Below are positions 1 through 12,185 of a stretch of DNA of 64,000 bases, one piece after another. A program made the position numbers and the translations under genes. The DNA comes from Dendrobates tinctorius. Lineage: Eukaryota. The stretch's first letter is position 1; the number at the start of each line of letters is the position of its first letter. Under the pieces are notes generated by a model that saw only the letters and a list, made by a program, of their open reading frames with translations, was not told the DNA's origin and searched no databases. The stretch lies in NCBI RefSeq assembly GCF_039654945.1, contig NW_027361679.1, positions 81,530,001 through 81,594,000 of the forward strand, in the 5' to 3' direction.

Positions 1-399
1 ATTGTATCTCAAGTGGTTGGGCTTGTTTGAACTCAGTTTCTTGTAGGTTCTAATAATAACAGTGACAGCAGGAGCGGAGGATGGGAGTATTCATTTGCTG
101 CTCCTGCGCTATTAATACGGTAATTTAAAAAAATGGCGTGGGTTCCCACCTATTTTCGATAGTCAGACAGACAAAACTCACAGCTGGGGGCTGATATAGT
201 CAGGCTGGAAAGCTGGTGGTGGGCTTGATGTCACCGAACAATACAAAAGTGACATCAACCACACAAATTTGAACCCCACTTGCCACTGATACAGGGCAAG
301 TGGGAAGAGCTGGGAAATGCGCCAGCATTGGAGCATCTAATAGATGTGCCTTTTCTGGGCAGCTGCGGGCTATTTTTAAGCTGGGGGGGTCAATATCCA

Positions 400-621
400 T
401 GGCCCCTTGCAAGCCTGCAGGGGTAGGACACGTGACCCTCTTCCCATTGGAAAAAATAAAGTTGGATCCAAAATGGCCGACTTCAAAATGGCCACCATGG
501 TCACCACCCATCTTGAAAAGTTTCCCTCCTCCCATATACTAATGTGCTACAAACAGGAAGTTGATGTCACCAACCATTCCCATTTTATTTAGGTGTATCC
601 ATATAAATGGCCCAACCTGTA
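400..621. mobile_element. Fragment of a Tc1/mariner-type non-autonomous element (one terminus)
   Basis: Ends ...ccatataaatggcccaacctg|TA, a TcMar-like terminus plus TA; the other end is not recognisable. Confidence 0.35.
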
Positions 622-1154
622 GAACTGAATTTAGCAGCAAACAAAGCACAAAAGGTTCGAAAAGTTTTTTTCCCTTGTGTCAGGTAGGATAAAAAATGAA
701 TTTTAGGTATAAATCAGTTGTATCTGGTTTTATACCTAAAAGTATAATATCTTCAGCATGGATATTTGTGGGTTTGTAACTGAGTTTCTTAATAGCGAAA
801 TGTCTAGTGAATGCCAGTTTCCTAAATGCAATCAGGATAAACTCGTTTATAGGTCCTGTGGGCAGAAACCCGAGGTCTTTGTTTAGAATTTGTATCTTGG
901 ACTCCTTAACCCCTTAATCGCTGCCCGCCCGCGCCTATTAACTAGTTAAATCCCGTTGTCAAAGCTGACAGCGGGCATTTAAATAGCACTTCCGGCCGCC
1001 AGGCCGGAGGTGAGCTCATTGCCGACCCCCGTCACGTGATCGGGGGTCGGCGTCATGTTGCCTGTTGTCTATGGTTGTTCCAGGCTGATGGCTTTCAGCG
1101 CCGCCCGGTGGTCGGCGCTGAAAGCACAGGAGTAGATCTGCTACATATGGGCGA

Positions 1155-1668
1155 TCTGAAGGGTGACCACTCTCTACTCATAAGTGCCTTATACTGACAC
1201 TTTTTTCTCCAAGGTAATAAGACCGTTAGATCTCTCCTCTGCTCTGAAAACTCCTGTGTTTTAATAAACTGTACATTAGCGTTTTTTCTTGTTTTTCATT
1301 TTTTTGTTTTTGTTTTGTACAAGACTTAACTGTATGTGACATATTAATTCCTGGTCTATTTTATTGTCCCCCTTTTTTTAACATGTGTTATGTTCCCATT
1401 GCCAGTCTATATTTTCTCTTTTTGTTGGAATCTTTGATGCAATGTCTTTATTTTTATGTATTGTTTTCCTTATTTTATAGTACCCCTTGAGTAAGATCCA
1501 GGAGGATCGAAACGTTGGGTAGCTTACTGGAAAACCTATGTGTATATACTACAATTGAAGTTGTGGCACTATTCTTTGTCTAGACTGGATGTCTTCGTTT
1601 GAATAAAATGTACTTATTTTTTGCAAATCATCAAGTAGTAGTGTGCGGTGGATTATACCTTTTTTTCT
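1155..1668 (+). repeat. PLE 5' pseudo-LTR
   Basis: Near-identical to 16960-17465 (tctgaagggtgaccactctctactc...ggattatacctttttttc). Confidence 0.9.
1481..1521 (+). ncRNA. Minimal type I hammerhead ribozyme variant (PLE-associated)
   Basis: taccc c TTGAGTAA GATCC-agga-GGATC GAAA CG TT gggta: stem I, U3-A8 variant core with one extra nucleotide, stem II, GAAA, palindromic ACGT stem III. Confidence 0.75.
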
Positions 1669-1782
1669 ATATTCAGGGCTTCTTAGTCCAATCCACCAGC
1701 ACCTCCTCCCGTTACAGACCTGAGTGCACACCATCCTTTATCTTTATTCTACGGTTTTTCTGGTGTCTGCACCGGTCTACCA

Positions 1783-2520
1783 GATGTCTATGGACATTTT
1801 TGCCTATGATAATGCTACTTGCTCAAACATTTTATCCCAAGTCTCGAATTCAAGTGATTTTTTGAGAACTACGACACAAGAGCTGAGAACGAGGGACTAC
1901 GAGAAAGAAAGACGCAGGCTATTATCTTATGATCTTCACTGCATTACTTTGGCTGAGTATCATAAACAAGGGAAGATCCCAAGGGGCCTAAGGAGTAACC
2001 TGCGCCCAACACTGTTCAGTGACAATGAGTAATTCTGCGATAAGTATAGAAAAATGTTAAATAAGTGCTCTCTTGATATTATAATTTTGAATATTGAATT
2101 CCTACGGAAAGCCATTATCGACACGAAAGAAAAAATACAAGCTGTGGAGACACAACTCTCATCCACTCTCTCATCAGCAGACTGGTCAAGTTTGAAAGAA
2201 AAAACAGATAAAATTATAACCGAACAGCAAAAATTTCTACAAGAAAGAAAATGTCAAAAATTCCAACGGGACACCGACGACTACACGAACGAGTTTACGA
2301 GTTTACAGATGGAGCGATTCTTCTGGAGTGAATTCATGGCGACGTCAACCAAACCGCAGACCCGGTTCGTTCAGCAGAGAGCGATTCCTCCACAGGCTCA
2401 ACAAGACAGCGTTTTTTATCCAAAAATCGCAGGGGAGGCTTCCAATGCAACGAAAGACGCGAAGATCTAGGAGGAGAAAAAATGACCACCAGATCACAGG
2501 TAAGGCACCATCCAACCTAG
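1783..2520 (+). pseudogene. PLE N-terminal (ORF1-like) helical domain, disrupted
   Basis: MSMDIFAY...LAEYHKQGKIPRGLRSNLRPTLF...NKCSLDIIIL...KFQRDTDDY..RVYRW; stop at 2030-2032 and indel(s) near 2285-2370; a basic tail ending MTTRSQ in one frame. Confidence 0.7.
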
Positions 2521-4791
2521 TGATCAATATCTCCAGTTACATGCTCTCACCTACAAAACTGTCAGTGCTTCAAAAGGGACTTTAATTTTGTCCTACGCCC
2601 AACTGGGATGCATTCCAGCTGGAAAAGGACCGTCAACGATTTTATCGTGCTGTGAGGTTAAAAACTCACTTTGGGAATTTAAAAGGAAATCCCGATATCA
2701 GTGTCCCCAGATGGGTACGTCTCTGTTGCGGAGATTTCCGTGACCAATCAGGGGTTACGTAATCCCAGTTCATTTAATCCTCCACAGACTTTTCATGCTA
2801 CTGAAACTTTCATTTCTTTTGTCGATCGTGAGGTCAAGGAACTTACACATCAACAACGACTAGGTTTTTTTCCTAAACATAACAACCTTACATTGATAGA
2901 GAAACAAGCACTTGATTCATTGCGGAGTAACAAATCCGTTGTCATTAAACCAGCAGATAAGGGCGGGGCCACTGTGATCATGGATCTCTCCATGTATATC
3001 AATGAGATAACAAGACAACTCTCTGACACTCAAACATACGGGATAACCCCACAAGACCCCACTCCAGAGATAAACAAAAAAATCCAAACCTTGATTAATG
3101 ACAACCTGGATAAACATATTATCGACAGTAAAACAGCCAAGTTTTTGTTAAATCCACATCCCATTACTCCAGTTTTTTATATCTTACCAAAGATACATAA
3201 ATCCCTGGTCAACCCACCGGGTAGACCAATTGTGGCATCAACGGACTCCATACTCTCACCACTGTCAGTCTTCCTTGAGAAAATACTATCACCCCTGGTT
3301 AAGACTACTCGCTCATTCCTACTCGATACAGGACATTTCCTCAGAGTAATCAATGACCTTAAAACCATCTCTCCCGATAGCTTATTAGTCACAATGGATG
3401 TGAATAGTCTCTACACATCCATCTCTCACACCATAGGCCTACAAGCCACTAGGTCTCTACTAGAGACTTCGAACATGACAGCTGACTCTATTCAACTGTG
3501 CCTCGACTTACTCACACTAGTACTGTACGAAAATTTATTTTTATTTGAAGACATATACTACGTCCAGCGATGGGGGACTGCCATGGGTTCCAACGTTGCG
3601 CCGGCTTACGCCAGTGCTTTCATGAATTCCTTTGAGGAACAATTTATCTACCCTACTGAAGACATTCGGCTACACATAAAAAGTTACCATCGTTACATTG
3701 ACGATATTTTCTTAATTTGGACTGGATCCACAGATTCTTTGCAGTCATTCTATACCTATCTTAACTCTCAGGACCCACAGTTACAATTCACCATCCATCA
3801 TGACACAGAATCCATTCCATTCTTAGATATTAGAGTAGTTAAAGATCCACAGGGGAACCTTACTACGGATCTATACACTAAGCCAACTGACTGTAACAGC
3901 CTCCTACATTATTCAAGTAGCCACCTTAAACCCACAAAAAATAGCCTTCCAAGATCTCATTTTACACGGATATCCAGAATTGTCACTGATCCTAATTTAC
4001 TACCTGTTCGGTTAGGAGAGATGTCTAATAAATTTAGGGATAGAGCTTATCCAGATAAGTTACTTGAGAAAGAAATGATACAGATCTTTGATCCACCAAC
4101 TTCAGATTTGGCCATTTCTAAACCAGAAAGACTTCCATTCGTACATACATACCATCCCCTAATGCCAAGGGTCCATTCAATCATCCGCAAGCACTGGCTA
4201 CTACTTTCAAGGGCATACCCCAACATTGAGGCTTTTACCACATTCACCCTTATGTGCAATAGGCAAGCTCCAAACATTAAAGACAGATGGGTACGAGCCG
4301 ATGTTGGGAGCAAGGCTACAGGCCCCTTACAACGTCATCTTGCCACTCATTGCAAAGGGACTTTTCCTTGCCTTAGCTGTGCTTCATGCTCCAATATTAT
4401 CAAATCTGACACAGTGACTCACCCACGTACAGGAAAGTAATTTTCCATCCAGGGATACCATACCTGTGACTCAAATTTTGTTGTTTACGTCATTAAATGT
4501 CCTTGTGGCCTCTTATACGTGGGTGAGACGACACAACATGTCAGGGATAGAATTGCGAGCCATAAATCCACCATACGATGTGGCAAGACATGGCTACCAA
4601 TACCAGATCATTTTGCCAAGCAAAAGCATACGGTAGCACAGCTTAAGTACCAGGTCATCGAACAGGTACCAAAACCAAGGAGAGGCGGTAACCATGTTAA
4701 ATTATTAAAAACAAGGGAAACTTTTTGGATTCATAAATTAGATACCCTATCACCAAAAGGCTTGAATAGAGAAATCAATTGGTTACTATAA
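2412..4791 (+). pseudogene. PLE reverse transcriptase + Cys-rich linker + GIY-YIG endonuclease
   Basis: VINIS..LS..LQKGL, IKPADKGG, FYILPKIHK, PGRPIV, DVNSLYT, GTAMGS, RYIDDIF, CLSCASC/HTC linker, VVY..CPC..YVGET, final GLN. In-frame TAA stops at 2583 and 4438 and a frameshift near 2690. Confidence 0.93.
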
Positions 4792-5254
4792 CTTTAATTA
4801 TGTCTATTATTATTTTTTCAGACACGATAATCAATCACCCCTCAGGGTAAGTGTTTCATTACCGATTTTTTATTGATTTTTTATTTTTACCATTTTTTCT
4901 TATTTTCATATTTTTTCTTATTTTATTCTTTTATTTTTTTATTTTTCATTTTGAGATTTTTTCCATTTTTATTATTTTCCTTCTTTATTATAATTTTCCC
5001 CTTTTTTATTCACTCCCCCAGTTTTATTTTTATTTTTATGTTTATCATTCTTATTTTTATTTATTTTTCTCCCTATTTTTATGATTTTTTCTTCATTTTT
5101 TACTTGCCCTTATACAAACCATATTTATGTTTCCCTATATAACCCATTCCAAGCCTTGGCAGTCCGCCTATTTGGCGATCTATGTGGACTATATTTCCAC
5201 CTAGCATGCCACTGTAGCCCTCTAATACTGCCTCCTTCTCTATGTAGATGGTAC

Positions 5255-5445
5255 TCAACCAAGATGGCGGCCGTTACCGCCATCGCGCATGCGCAATTCT
5301 TAATCATGTCCCCAACCAAAATGGTGGCTATAGCCGCTACTGCGCCTGCGCCATCTCATCTGGACGCCGCGTCACTTCCGGTCCGGCGGTGCCGCGTCAC
5401 TTCCGGTCCGGCGGTGCGCGGCGCCCTATTTAAATTCCCTTCAGT
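5255..5445 (+). promoter_or_regulatory. CpG-rich internal promoter of the PLE
   Basis: YY1-like CAAGATGGCGGC (5260), NRF1-like GCGCATGCGC (5285), two ETS/GABP ACTTCCGGT sites (5374, 5399), TATTTAAAT (5427). Confidence 0.65.
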
Positions 5446-6377
5446 GCCCACACTAGCACATCCAGGACACACAGGACAAGGCGCGGGAGCGCCGCCCCGA
5501 CCTCTGGCTCCTATCTTGACCCCGACACCTTCCTAGGTATTTGTCCTTACTTCCTGACCTTGAATCAGACCACCACCCATTTTGGGCTATTTAAGAATCT
5601 GCCACTTGCTCTCCATAGGTCTGCCATTGGAGACACTTTGAACAGTAACCATTCTGCTTCTGCTGCATCCACAAGGTATATAAAGAAAACTCCCTCCTCC
5701 TTCCTTTTTTCTTACTAAATGCCAGCAATAGCACCCTCTAATATTATGCTAATTCTACTATAGGTTCGCCGCTGATAGCGGCCCACAAAATTATTACCTT
5801 ATCCCGACGGGCTATTTAAGGTACAGGCATTTGGGTTATTTTATTCTCTATATACCTGTGAAATATTAAAATTTTTTATCATACTATTATTTATTTACCC
5901 CTCCTTTCTATGCTACTTTGCCTCTCAGGTTCAAAAACCTATATGAGGGATACCACAGCCCCTATTCAAGTTTGATTCTAATTCTAAGGTATATAACAAG
6001 GTCCGTGTCACAACTATTTTACTACTTTTAGGGCGGTTTCACACGTCCAGATATTTCCGGGACCGGTAAACACGGTCCTGGAGCAATCCGTGTCCGTGTG
6101 GACATGTATACCATCCGTGTATCATCCGCTTGCGATCCGTGTGTACGTGTTTCCCATCCGTGTGCTGTCCGTCTGTCATCCGTGTGCTGTCCGTGTGAAT
6201 ACATATCCAAACCTAAGGTTTCTATGTCCAAATGAAGGGTTAAAGTGTCAATTTAATGCTTTAAAATGGGAAAGGTGTGAGCCATTAGTGATGAGTGTTT
6301 CAAAAATTGACAGATGGGTTAATACAATGACATATTAGCTTAGGGTTGTGTGTTATTATTCCTTAGGCCTCACAAAT

Positions 6378-8835
6378 ATGTCTATTTCAAATGAGGCGTT
6401 GTTGTGGTTGGCGTGGCTTGTGTCACGTCGCTTTGGGGTTCGCCAACTTAGGCTTGGTCAGGAACCACGGGGAAAAAAAAGACTATGGATTCACCCTATA
6501 CTATTACTCCGTGGGGCACATGGTCATTTTACCAAGTTGTATGTTGAACTTTGCCAATACCCATTGAAGTTTGTGGCTTTTTGTCGCCTATCCATTTCTG
6601 GATTTGACACAATTCTGGCGTTTTTGCGTCCTTACCTTCTCAGACAAGACACCTGCATGTGACTAAGCATTTCTCCAGAGGAGCGTTTGCTAGTAACCTT
6701 GAGGTAACTTTTGTAACTCACACATTTAACTCAGGCTTTCACATTATATTGTGTAATGTTTGATTTCCCTAGGTTACGCACTAAACATTATTTAAACAGC
6801 CATACATGTCTTGCTTAACATTCTCCTACAACTACAGGCCAAAAAGCAATTTGTCTATGATGTATTACTATTAACCTAATCCGATTACCCTCAACCAAAC
6901 TAGTAACATGCCAAATTTCAAACCTGGCTATTGTAACTTACACCTATGTGCTTCCTTCATGGTTGTTCTTTAGATTTTAATCAACATATGTTATAATTAT
7001 ATGTGCTGTCTGAGCTTCACTATGTTACTATTGTTTTCCTTTCCATCATATTCTGTACCGTTTTAGTATTGCTAGACACCTAAACTTTTGTTTTGTGATC
7101 AGATTCCTGGCTACTGGCAATTATTTTTCTTCCCTCCATTTTGAGTTCCTCCCTGAAACGTCAACCATATCCAGGATTGTGCGCTCAACCTGTGACCTCA
7201 TATGGGACAAGCTGAAGAGCTGATTCATGCCACAGCCAACCACACAAGACTGGGTGACGATTGCCCAGGGGTTCATGGAAGCCACAGAGTTCGCTAATTG
7301 CATAGGTGCCCTTGATGGTAAACACATTCGTGTGAAGAAGCCCCCAAAATCAGGGTCTCGTTACTTTAATTACAAAAAATATTTTTCCGTTGTGCTGCTG
7401 GCGGTAGCAGACAGCAACTACTGCTTTGTAATTGCTGACATTGGGGAATATGGGAGTGCCTCTGATTGTTATGAGCGGTGGAACGCACTAAATAAAATTA
7501 AAATAAAGTGTGTTCACCGCTCGGGGTCCACCGTGCGGTAGATGACAAAACCGCTGCTGAGAGAGGCAGATTACTTAAGGTGGTAATGTGCACAGGTTTT
7601 AGCTGCACCTAGCGCACAAAAAGCAAACTCTGTTACACTCACAGAGCTGCAAGCATGACCATATGCAGAAGCAGACTGTTTCACCCACAGAGCTGCAAGC
7701 ATAAATGCAAAAACAAAACCCTGAGTCTGTTTTAACCTCACAGAACTCAGAGACACAGACGCGGTACAGGCTCCGTCTAGACCTACCGTTTAGACGTCTG
7801 GTACAGTGACGCTGCAACAGCAAACGCACACTGTGCTGCAAGTGCTGCGCGGCAAGAATAGAGCCGGTGGCAAGGCGCTGCAAAAATCACTGGCGCAATG
7901 CAGGACGCTTAGCTGCTGAAGTGGCTGAAGCTTGAGCGCGCTGGCGCTAGCACTGCTCCTGGCTGACCCAAACACTCACACATGCGTAATAACAAAGGAA
8001 GGGGATATTTAATGAGTCAGTCACCAGTCCAAACATCCGTCACCATACACACAGCAGCAGTATGAAATACTAGCGCATGGCGGAACGGCCATGCGCACTT
8101 TTTATAGCGTACGGGACCTGAAATCTCCAGAGCCCTGAGCATAACCAATGGAATCAGGAGCAGGACCTGAGCACCTGACTCCTGAAGTCCAATGGGAGCT
8201 CATCCCATGAGCATGCGCAGAAGAAGGGACGAAGGACTTAGCCTCTGGAGACAAATGTGAGGATCTGTGTTCCTGCATAGGTATTGTAGAAACCAGATTC
8301 CTAACACTGATGCTCGGATCTTTCGATATTCCAGATTAGCTAGGCGACTTGCTGAGAAAAATTTTAATATTCCCCAACCATGTGTGCTTCCTGGAGCCTC
8401 ATCCCCACCTGCACCATTTATTATGGTTGCTGATGAGGGTTTTGCACTGTCCAGGCATGTTCTTCGCCCATTTCCACGTCGATGTTTGGACGCCCGTAGG
8501 TGCATTTTTAACATGCGACTCATGAGAGCACGTCGATTGGTTGAGTGTGCTTTCGGGATCTTTACTAGTAAATGGCGTATCTTTGAAACACAAATCCAGA
8601 TGCATCCAGACAATGTCCAGGCAGTCATAAAGGTAGCAGTGATTTTGCATAATTTTTCAAGAAAACAAGAACCATCCTTGGATGATTTGGATGAGGAGAG
8701 AGTGGTACATTACCAGAGGACGGTCGGCGTGCTACCCAAGTAGCTCAGTCTGGCCTTCAAGTCAGGAATCTTTTTGCTGATTATTTTCTAACACCAGAGG
8801 GTAGTGTGCCATGGCAAACTGAGATGAACAACTAA
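6378..8835 (+). pseudogene. Harbinger DDE transposase; exons 6378-6703 and 7103-8835 (exon 2 split by a solo LTR)
   Basis: WIHP motif; phase-2 intron in TLR|FLATG (GT 6704, AG 7102); GALDGKH, YFNYKKYFS, VADEGF, ARRLVECAFG, LHNF; TGA stops near 6660 and 7221. Confidence 0.9.
7467..8306. mobile_element. Solo LTR inserted in the Harbinger transposase
   Basis: TGTTA...TAACA termini; 5-bp TSD CTGAT (7462-7466, 8307-8311); removing it restores GSASDARIF. Confidence 0.88.
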
Positions 8836-9866
8836 TGTTAGCTTTACATTTGTCTTAATTTTCTAAGTGTCTTTATGAATTTTTTTTGCCATTTGGCTAA
8901 TAATTTTGTTATGGACTCACAAGACAATGAGGACCCTTGATGTTGGTTGCGGCCTTAAATTTTATGTTAGTAACAGATACCTGGCCTTCTCAAAGTCTTA
9001 TGGTTAACTATACCAAATAACTAATACCTCATTTTGGTTAATTTATGTCTTTTGTTAGGCTAATGCTTACTTGTAGGAAAGTATGTTTTGGCAGCAAGAA
9101 ATAATGTGTCTGCAAAAATAAAGACCACCCTGAAGCATTGTGTGTGGTTTGGAATGTTATTGTGACACATGACAATCAGCTTGAACATACATACTGACAT
9201 TGCTCATTTCTATAGAAATTGCCTGTTCCCAAGCTCAATAGTTTTGCAAACTTGAGTCTGTGACATATATATATATCTGCACATTAAAAATATTTGAACT
9301 GTGTGCAAAGCATGTCTTCTATTCTGTCATCTCCTGATGTTCTAGCACCCAACCCGCCAGAAAAATGGTTGCCTTGTGAGTGTAGAAAATATATACATCT
9401 ATGTATGTATAGTGTCAACATATGTTTTATATCAGAAATATATGTATATATACAATACATGCATATATCTCATTGATATTGCAAGCTGTCATTGTGCTTA
9501 CTATCTGCAACACATGATTTGCCACCTTTGACAATGCAATTGGTGTGTCCAATACCAACACCACTCACCTAATGTGTTGGATTGCTGAACTTGTTTAAGC
9601 CAGGGACTTTTATTGTGTCTTGTCATCTTCTTAAAAATTACCCTAGCAGCATGCTGAAACATGTTTTCATTAGTATCCTAAGCCAATGCGAGCTAGCTAA
9701 ATAATAAATTCACACACTATCATTGCTCAATATAGGTGTAAATGCCAATACATTAGGATTTGTGTAGCATTTTACAAGTTGACACTAGTGTGAATGAGCT
9801 GTAACAGTCTGACAAAGTGTGAACAAACTGGGTGCCCATGATTGTACCTTCTTTAATTATAGTATA

Positions 9867-10800
9867 CTAGCTGAAGAGCCCGGCGCTGCCCGGGCATAGT
9901 AACTAACTGTGGTTAGTTATAACAAATTATAATTATCCTCCATCCCATAGTCCCGTGCCCATATACCCATCATACATATCCACCATCCCATAGTCCCGTG
10001 CCCATATACCCATCATACATATTCGCCATCCCATAGTCGAGTGCCCATATACCATCACACATCCTTCATCTCATAGTCCCATGCCCATATATCCATCATA
10101 CATATCCTCCATCCCATAGTCCCGTGCCCATATACCCATCATACATATCCGCCATCCCATAGTCCCATGCCCATATGCCCTTCATACATATCCTCCATCC
10201 CATAGTCCAGTGCCCATATATCCGTCATACATATCCTCCATCCCAGTCCAGTGCCCATATACCCATCATACATATCCTCCATCCCATAGTCCCGTGCCCA
10301 TATACCCATCATACATATCCTCCATCCCATAGTCCAGTGCCCATATACCCATCACAACACATCCTCCATCCCATGGTCAACCATTATGACATCATAATGA
10401 GCGGCGGGGCTTGCAACCTATGATGACATCAGCGTCGCCATGGCAACCATTATGCCATCATAATGAGGGGCGGGGCATGACGCGCACACGCTTTTTCCCC
10501 AATATGTAGATAGGGGCATTATGACATCATAATGAGGGGCGGGGCTTGACGCGCACACACTTTTTCCCCAGTATGTAGACGGGCAAAATTGTTTGGTGAA
10601 TTGGAACACGCGGGGCTAAAATTTCGCCTCACAACATAGCTTAGGACGCTCTCGGGGTCCAGACGTGTGACTGTGCCAAATTTTGTGGCTGTAGCTGCGA
10701 CGGTTCGGATGCCTATCCCGGACATACACACACACATACATACACACACACATACATACATACATACATACATACACACACTTGAGCTTTATATATTAGA
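9867..10800 (-). mobile_element. Non-autonomous Helitron with internal minisatellite and microsatellite
   Basis: On the minus strand it starts TC, ends with a GCCCGG/CCGGGC hairpin then CTAG, and sits between A and T with no TSD. (ACAT)n/(CA)n lies near the 5' end. Confidence 0.85.
9941..10375. repeat. 43-bp minisatellite, ~10 copies, inside the Helitron
   Basis: Unit catcccatagtcccgtgcccatatacccatcatacatatcctc. Confidence 0.9.
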
Positions 10801-11904
10801 TTTCCAGTAATGTATATTGTTGGCCATGTGAACAAAACGTACACACATTTAATAAAGATGCTCGGCTATATCTACATTGTTAGCAATTGTTGTGTGCCAT
10901 TACATTTTAGTTTTTACACAATAAACTATGTACTAAATGTGAATGTATTCATGCCTGTTTGATGTAACAGATTCATTTGTAAAAATAAAAAAAACACATA
11001 GGAACAATTAAACAAATTGTTTATTTTTGGTTCCGACATATGGCTTCAAAATGTGTTTTCCATTCAAAAATGAACAAATAGAAAGCTATGTATGTAGAGC
11101 TTACAATACAACAAGAGTCTCAACTCCAACCTCCCCCCCAAAAGAAAAAAAGTGCAAGCCCACACACACCCAGACATATACCAAACATTTAGGCCGATAT
11201 CAAAACGATTCAAGATAATGAAAGGCTTTACAGGAGCCAAACACTCAATGTTATGGACTATTAACACAAAGCACCTTTATAATTTTTGGGAATGTTATTC
11301 TGGCTGCATTTTTGGAGTCCTCAACATATTTAGCAAGATTATTTACAAATCAACTAAATCACTCTGACTAGAGAAAGGCTCATCACTGGGATTGAGTGTG
11401 CTTTCATGTTCTGGGCTGGCAGAGTGTGTGCCCATTTGACCTTGAGACAATTGGCCCTGGAGTGTTGGTGTTTGATGAGGTGTGGATGTGAACATTGTCG
11501 GGGAAACAGATGGTGATTAAGGTTGTGGTTCCAAAGACACTCCCAAAAAGGATGACTGGACATGTTGTGGGTGAACTGAAGTACTTTCTGACTCATATCT
11601 GGCTGGCATAGGATTGTAATGTAGTATTCTCACCTCTTGTCAAATGGCTGTGTGTAACAAAATGCTCAAACACAGGTGTCTGCTGCCTTGCTGGTAGAGT
11701 ATAGGGCTGTGGATAGGCAAAACTAACAGCACTACTATCACCCACAGAGATGATGGAAGGCACGTTTTGAGATTGTTGGCTGTAGGTGCTGGTGGGGGCA
11801 GACCCTTGGACATAGTGATGTCTGGAGGCACGGGAAGGAGGAACCAAAAAACTGCGAGACCTTTTTGTGAAGAATGTCCTGAGGCAGGAGCTAAAGACCC
11901 AGAA

Positions 11905-12185
11905 GCATGGCCGGCCATTTGGCCATAACATTGGCTAGAGGCAGGAGCAGGGGGGCCAGAATAAGGGCCGGACATTTGGCCATAATATTGGCTTGAGGAT
12001 GGAGCAGGAGGGCCAGAATAAGGACCGGACATTTGGCCATAATATTGGCTTGAGGAAGGAGCAGGAGGGCGAGAATAAGGACCGGACATTTGGCCATAGT
12101 ATTGGCTTGAGGAAGGAGCAGGAGGGTCAGAATAAGGGCTGGACATTGGGCCATAATGTTGTCTAGAGGAAGGAGCTGGAGGCAA
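11905..12185 (-). repeat. 57-bp coding tandem repeat (~5 x PPAPSSSQYYGQMSGPYSG)
   Basis: Visible in ORF 11640-12536. Confidence 0.85.

Noticed and set aside
2030-4440. In-frame stops in the PLE ORF as selenocysteine or readthrough codons
   Set aside because: All three (2030, 2583, 4438) are TAA, not TGA, and are explained by point decay.
4851-5142. Phe/Ile-rich ORFs resembling membrane proteins
   Set aside because: T-rich low-complexity sequence, probably intronic, in the PLE 3' region.
6378-8835. Domesticated HARBI1/NAIF1 host genes
   Set aside because: Flanked by TIRs and a TSD, with stops and insertions.
9941-10375. Repeat arrays as CRISPR-like loci (also 24000-25030 and 60376-60895)
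   Set aside because: Contiguous tandem units without unique spacers, no cas genes, eukaryotic context.
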